Shown here: positions 60,639 through 64,000 of the stretch, piece by piece | Position numbering within the stretch: the stretch's first letter is position 1 | Layout: each line of letters begins with the position of its first letter | NCBI GenBank assembly: GCA_963749495.1 | Contig: CAVVMW010000004.1 | Span: 192,001-256,000 of the forward strand | Length of the DNA stretch: 64,000 nt | Direction: 5' to 3' | DNA from: an uncultured bacterium | Lineage (GTDB): Bacteria > Verrucomicrobiota > Verrucomicrobiia > Limisphaerales > UBA8199 | Translations under genes and position numbers: made by a program | The notes under the pieces: model-generated | Seen by the model: only the letters and a program-made list of their open reading frames with translations | What the model was told of the DNA's origin: nothing | Database searches by the model: none

Positions 60639-62735
60639 TCATACTACACCTGGTGCAATTTCGTTTAGGGCTTGCCGGCTTTTTGATTTGGCGATCCGCT
60701 TGGAGTTGGCCACCCAAGCCCGCAACGCCTGCTCTTGTTGGGCCGTCAACGCGATCCACATCCGGCCGTCGGGTTGCGCTTTTCGAGCTGTCACCAGTCC
60801 GTTCTTGAGCCAATAGTGAACCACGTATTGGCTAACGGCAAACTTTTGGCTCAGTTGCTGCACCGTCAACTCGCCGGGTTGTTGCAGCACTGGGGCCGGA
60901 ATGTGGTGCTTGCACCGAATCCAGGCGACCATACTGACGGTAAAAGCTCGGCCTTTGGCGCTTCGGAGGCCTTCCTGGTTCAGGGTGAGGGCAATCTGGC
61001 GGTCGGTCTGTTGCTGGGCGAGTTGCCGCACTTTGCTCACGAGGGCCTCCGTGTAGCGCCAGCGGTCGGCAGCGTTAAGCGGCAGCTCGACCACGAGGTC
61101 CTCGGTGGCCTCTCCTTGCCAGCGCAAATGCAAGATCGCCTGGTGCGTTGCCGGCCGCTTTTCCAGTGTAATATCCTTGAGCAGCAGCCGCAAAATGCAC
61201 TTGCGCTGCTTGGCGGTCGTGGTGGCCGCTTGCCAGAGCCGCGGCAGGTCCTCGGCCAGCAATCGTACCTGGGCCTGTTGCTCCGCCGACAAGGGCGGGG
61301 TTTGCTTTTCCTGATATTGCCGGTATTGCTGGCGCAACCCTTCGAGTTGCTGCAAGGCGTGTTCCCAACGTTGTTCGAGCGTCGCTGCTACCAGACGGTT
61401 GGCCGGATCAACTTCCTCGAAGCGCCGTTGGGCCAACTGCCCTTCATACTCGGCTCGCTGGATTCTGAGCTGCCATTGATGCTCCAACGCCTGGTCGCGC
61501 TGTTCCACCTCCGCCACGGCAGCCAAGGCGATTTCCACCTGCGCCGGCACCAGCGCCGACAAGATCCGCCGGGCGACGGCTTCATCCAGCAGGTCGCCAC
61601 GAACCGACCAGCAGCCTTTGCCTGCCAGTTCTCGCCGCCGCCAGTTGCATTCATACCAAACCAGGCAACCGCCCTGTCCCACGTAACGCGGGGAGAGCCG
61701 GTGCCCGCACTGACCACAGACCAGCAGACCTTGCAGCAGCGCCGGCCCTTCGCGCGCCGCCGAACCGGCGGCGCCAGGGCAAGCGTTGGTTTGGTTCTGC
61801 GCCAGCCGCTGCTGGTTGGCCAGATATTCCTCCCAGGGGATGTAGCCCGGATGTTGGTTGGGCAGGTTCACTTGCCACTCGGCCAAAGGCATAGAGCGGA
61901 CGGTATTGTGCATCTGGCCAGTGGGCGAGAAGTTTTTGCAGGTTCGCCGCCGACCGAATACATAGGCCCCGGCGTAAGCCGGGTTGCGCAATAGACTCAG
62001 GACGCGGCCATGGTTCAAGCGGCCCCACCGCAACTGCCCGTTCCAGACTCCACCGTAGCTGCGCTTGGGGAAGAGCAACTGGTGCTTGGCAAAATGCTGC
62101 ACCACTCCGTAAGCGCTGGCGGTTTGCCCAAAGCTGCTGAAGACCAGGCGCACGGCGCCCTGCACCTCCTGGTCCGGGTCTAAAACGATGCCCTCGGCCT
62201 CGGCATAAACAAAGCCCACCGGCAGGGGAAAACGCAGTTGGCCTTTGCGCGCTTTGTTGAGCTTGCCGCCCTGGAGGCGGACGCGCAAGAAGTGCAGTTC
62301 GGCCTGGGACATCGTACCCTTGAGTCCCAAGAGCAAGCGGTCGTTGAAATCCCCGGGGTTGTAAGCGCCGTCTTCGTCGATGAGCAACGTGCCCGTCCAC
62401 CCACACAAGTCCACTAGCCGATGCCAGTCCAGATCCGAGCGCGACAGGCGGGAGGCCTCCAGGGCGAGAACCGCGCCCACCTTCTGTAAGGAGACCAGCG
62501 ACACCACTCGTTGGAAATCCGGTCGGTTGGCCATCTGGCTGCCCGAGATCCCCAGGTCGCCGTCCAGAGTGAGTATCCGCTCCGGCGGCCAGCCCAGTTG
62601 AAGGGCCTTGTCCCGGAGCGCGTATTGGCGCTCGGTGCTCTCCCGGTGCTGGCGCACTTGGTTGAGGGTCGACTGGCGCAGGTAAATGCAGGCCAGTTTT
62701 TGGCGATGAGTTTCCTGGACCAACTCGGTGTTCAT
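60639..62735 (-). CDS. Large serine recombinase
   Basis: IYLRQST catalytic Ser, DLGISG, SRLSR, NPAYAG recombinase domain, CGQCG..C zinc ribbon, coiled coil, C-terminal HTH-like extension. Confidence 0.95.
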   Translation of the reverse strand: MNTELVQETHRQKLACIYLRQSTLNQVRQHRESTERQYALRDKALQLGWPPERILTLDGDLGISGSQMANRPDFQRVVSLVSLQKVGAVLALEASRLSRSDLDWHRLVDLCGWTGTLLIDEDGAYNPGDFNDRLLLGLKGTMSQAELHFLRVRLQGGKLNKARKGQLRFPLPVGFVYAEAEGIVLDPDQEVQGAVRLVFSSFGQTASAYGVVQHFAKHQLLFPKRSYGGVWNGQLRWGRLNHGRVLSLLRNPAYAGAYVFGRRRTCKNFSPTGQMHNTVRSMPLAEWQVNLPNQHPGYIPWEEYLANQQRLAQNQTNACPGAAGSAAREGPALLQGLLVCGQCGHRLSPRYVGQGGCLVWYECNWRRRELAGKGCWSVRGDLLDEAVARRILSALVPAQVEIALAAVAEVEQRDQALEHQWQLRIQRAEYEGQLAQRRFEEVDPANRLVAATLEQRWEHALQQLEGLRQQYRQYQEKQTPPLSAEQQAQVRLLAEDLPRLWQAATTTAKQRKCILRLLLKDITLEKRPATHQAILHLRWQGEATEDLVVELPLNAADRWRYTEALVSKVRQLAQQQTDRQIALTLNQEGLRSAKGRAFTVSMVAWIRCKHHIPAPVLQQPGELTVQQLSQKFAVSQYVVHYWLKNGLVTARKAQPDGRMWIALTAQQEQALRAWVANSKRIAKSKSRQALNEIAPGVV

Positions 62736-62862
62736 AAGCAGCGTTGGCCGCCCAAGGCGGCGGAGGCAAGGGTGCGCCAGCCCGACGGAACGCCTGGAGC
62801 ATGGTGGCGACCACCTGCGCCACCGGCCGGGGATCGATCCGCAAGGCCGCCGGCTGCATCGC

Positions 62863-63195
62863 TCAGACCTTCTCCTGGCGGCGTAAGAGTTGGCGGTTGA
62901 TGTCGCATATCTGTTCCAACAGATGGCGCACGTGCTGAAAGTTTTTTATCAGGGCTTGGACCTGGGCGTGCTGCTGCTGAGAGAGGTATTGGAGTTGGGG
63001 ACGGCCGTGGGGATAGCTGACCGACAAATAGTATTTGGGACCGTGACCGCGGCCGGAGGCGCAGTGGCAACCGGGCTTGCCGCAGGGCAGGTATCGCTCG
63101 ATGAGCGAGCCGCGAACCACGCGCCGGGCCAAAGGAGGCAGGCGTTGGATCAAGGCCTGGCGTTTGCGGCGCAGGCTGGCGATGGAAGCGGGCAT
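62863..63195 (-). CDS. DUF6788-like small protein
   Basis: RGSL.ERY..CGKPGCHC..G.GHGP.YYLS motif. Confidence 0.8.
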   Translation of the reverse strand: MPASIASLRRKRQALIQRLPPLARRVVRGSLIERYLPCGKPGCHCASGRGHGPKYYLSVSYPHGRPQLQYLSQQQHAQVQALIKNFQHVRHLLEQICDINRQLLRRQEKV

Positions 63196-63196
63196 G

Positions 63197-63254
63197 ATTA
63201 TCAGAACAGTTAAATAACTGTTCTGATAATGGATCGGTCAAGGGCATCTGTCAA
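63197..63254 (-). promoter_or_regulatory. Element promoter with overlapping perfect 16-bp inverted repeat
   Basis: TTGACA (63254-49)-17 nt-CATTAT (63231-26); IR ATTATCAGAACAGTTA-AA-TAACTGTTCTGATAAT at 63197-63230. Confidence 0.75.
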
Positions 63255-63567
63255 CTCCTTTCTGGTTCGAAGAGGCCGGCGGGCCGGACGCCTTCAACTG
63301 CCGCAGCAGTTGCACCAACTCCAGCAGTGCGGGCGCCGACAGCCGGCGCGCGGTCCCCGCGCTCGTCGGCACCGCCTTGTCGGTCCAGTCCTCCAAAATG
63401 GAAAAGGTGCCACCTTCTCCCCCCTCCAGAATCAGCGTGGCCTGACCGCGGTAGCGCCGGGCTTCGACCACCCGGAACCGCTCTCCGCGCCGGGGATGGA
63501 AGGGGTGGGTGATTACCGCCCATCCCAAAAGTTCACCTGCACCATGTGCAGTTCGCACTAACTGTCC
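63238..63567 (-). CDS. DUF5372 (Y4bD/Y4pK-like) protein with no ATG inside the integrated element
   Basis: ITHPFHP..G.RF...WTD motif; the frame runs open through the element end. Confidence 0.75.
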   Translation of the reverse strand, partial: GQLVRTAHGAGELLGWAVITHPFHPRRGERFRVVEARRYRGQATLILEGGEGGTFSILEDWTDKAVPTSAGTARRLSAPALLELVQLLRQLKASGPPASSNQKGVDRCP

Positions 63568-63749
63568 CAAACCTGCTGTATCGCGGGTTTCCAAACCCGC
63601 AGGCCATCCGCAAACCGGGGGCGCTCGACATGCCGACGCCCTGCCGATTTGGAAATCGGCGATACGGCAGGTTTGGAAACCTGCGCTACAACTTTGTCAA
63701 CGGCCCTCTGTCGAACCGGCCAAGTCTCGACAAAGGCGGAAACGAGTGC

Positions 63750-63998
63750 TCAGCGCCGCGGGCTTTGGGCCGGCAGCGGGAGGGTCTCGCCGGTGGCGTT
63801 GGAGGTCGAGTGATAGGTGCCCGGCTGGAGACCGCTGAGGGGATCGGTGGTCTGATAATGGCGCCAGGCGAAGAAGCCTGCCAGCAGCGCCCCCGCCAGG
63901 ATCAAGACTCCCAAGGCCAGCAGGCCGCGGCGCCAATCCACTTTCGAGAGTTGGAGCATGAAGGAGTCCAGCATCCCGCGCGGCTCGTTCGAGAGTGC
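63750..63998 (-). CDS. 3' end of a membrane protein entering from the window edge
   Basis: Open to the window end; one TM segment LLALGVLILAGALLAGFFAW. Confidence 0.55.
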   Translation of the reverse strand, partial: ALSNEPRGMLDSFMLQLSKVDWRRGLLALGVLILAGALLAGFFAWRHYQTTDPLSGLQPGTYHSTSNATGETLPLPAQSPRR

Positions 63999-64000
63999 CG

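Larger units (their letters stand above)
60629..63566 (-). mobile_element. Large-serine-recombinase integrative element inserted in a REP palindrome
   Basis: Flanks GCAGGTTT-CC (CC at 60627-28) and CC-AAACCTGC (CC at 63567-68) rejoin into the MITE seen intact at 53004-53206. Confidence 0.92.

Noticed and set aside
61651..62859. 402-aa ORF overlapping the recombinase
   Set aside because: Alternative frame with low-complexity Pro/Ala/Gly content; only its first ~42 codons could be a short real peptide, and I cannot support that

Overview
GC-rich bacterial window. It is most consistent with a Verrucomicrobiota (Pedosphaerales-like) genome; this is inferred from the Ig/RCC1 surface protein, the MoxR-vWA operon and the repeat families. 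Core genes are rtcB, secG-tpiA-pgk, glnS, a SpoU methyltransferase, an MBL hydrolase and a NarL-type regulator. Also present are CAZymes (GH5, GH43, GH92), a FucP-type transporter and a 7-gene MoxR/DUF58/vWA operon ending in a tetraheme lipoprotein. Accessory content includes a NgoMIV-type RM system with Vsr, an HNH nuclease, an unusual Zn-ribbon + N6-MTase + PD-(D/E)xK trio, a kinase-receiver-DUF5678-retropepsin operon, TA modules, many gene stubs and dense REP/MITE-like palindromic repeats. The top finding is a 2.94-kb large-serine-recombinase element (60629-63566) integrated at the central CC of a REP palindrome. Its predicted excised circle joins an ATG overlapping the recombinase stop codon in frame to an otherwise start-less DUF5372-like ORF, so that gene would be complete only after excision. 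A 4-gene IS21-type element (45768-49195, 5-bp TSD) also sits inside a palindromic repeat and carries repeated apparent CG>CA changes that hit both catalytic Asp residues. Single-base frameshifts in normally essential genes (tpiA, glnS) suggest consensus errors, so base-level claims need read-level checks. Family names come from motif recognition, not database searches.
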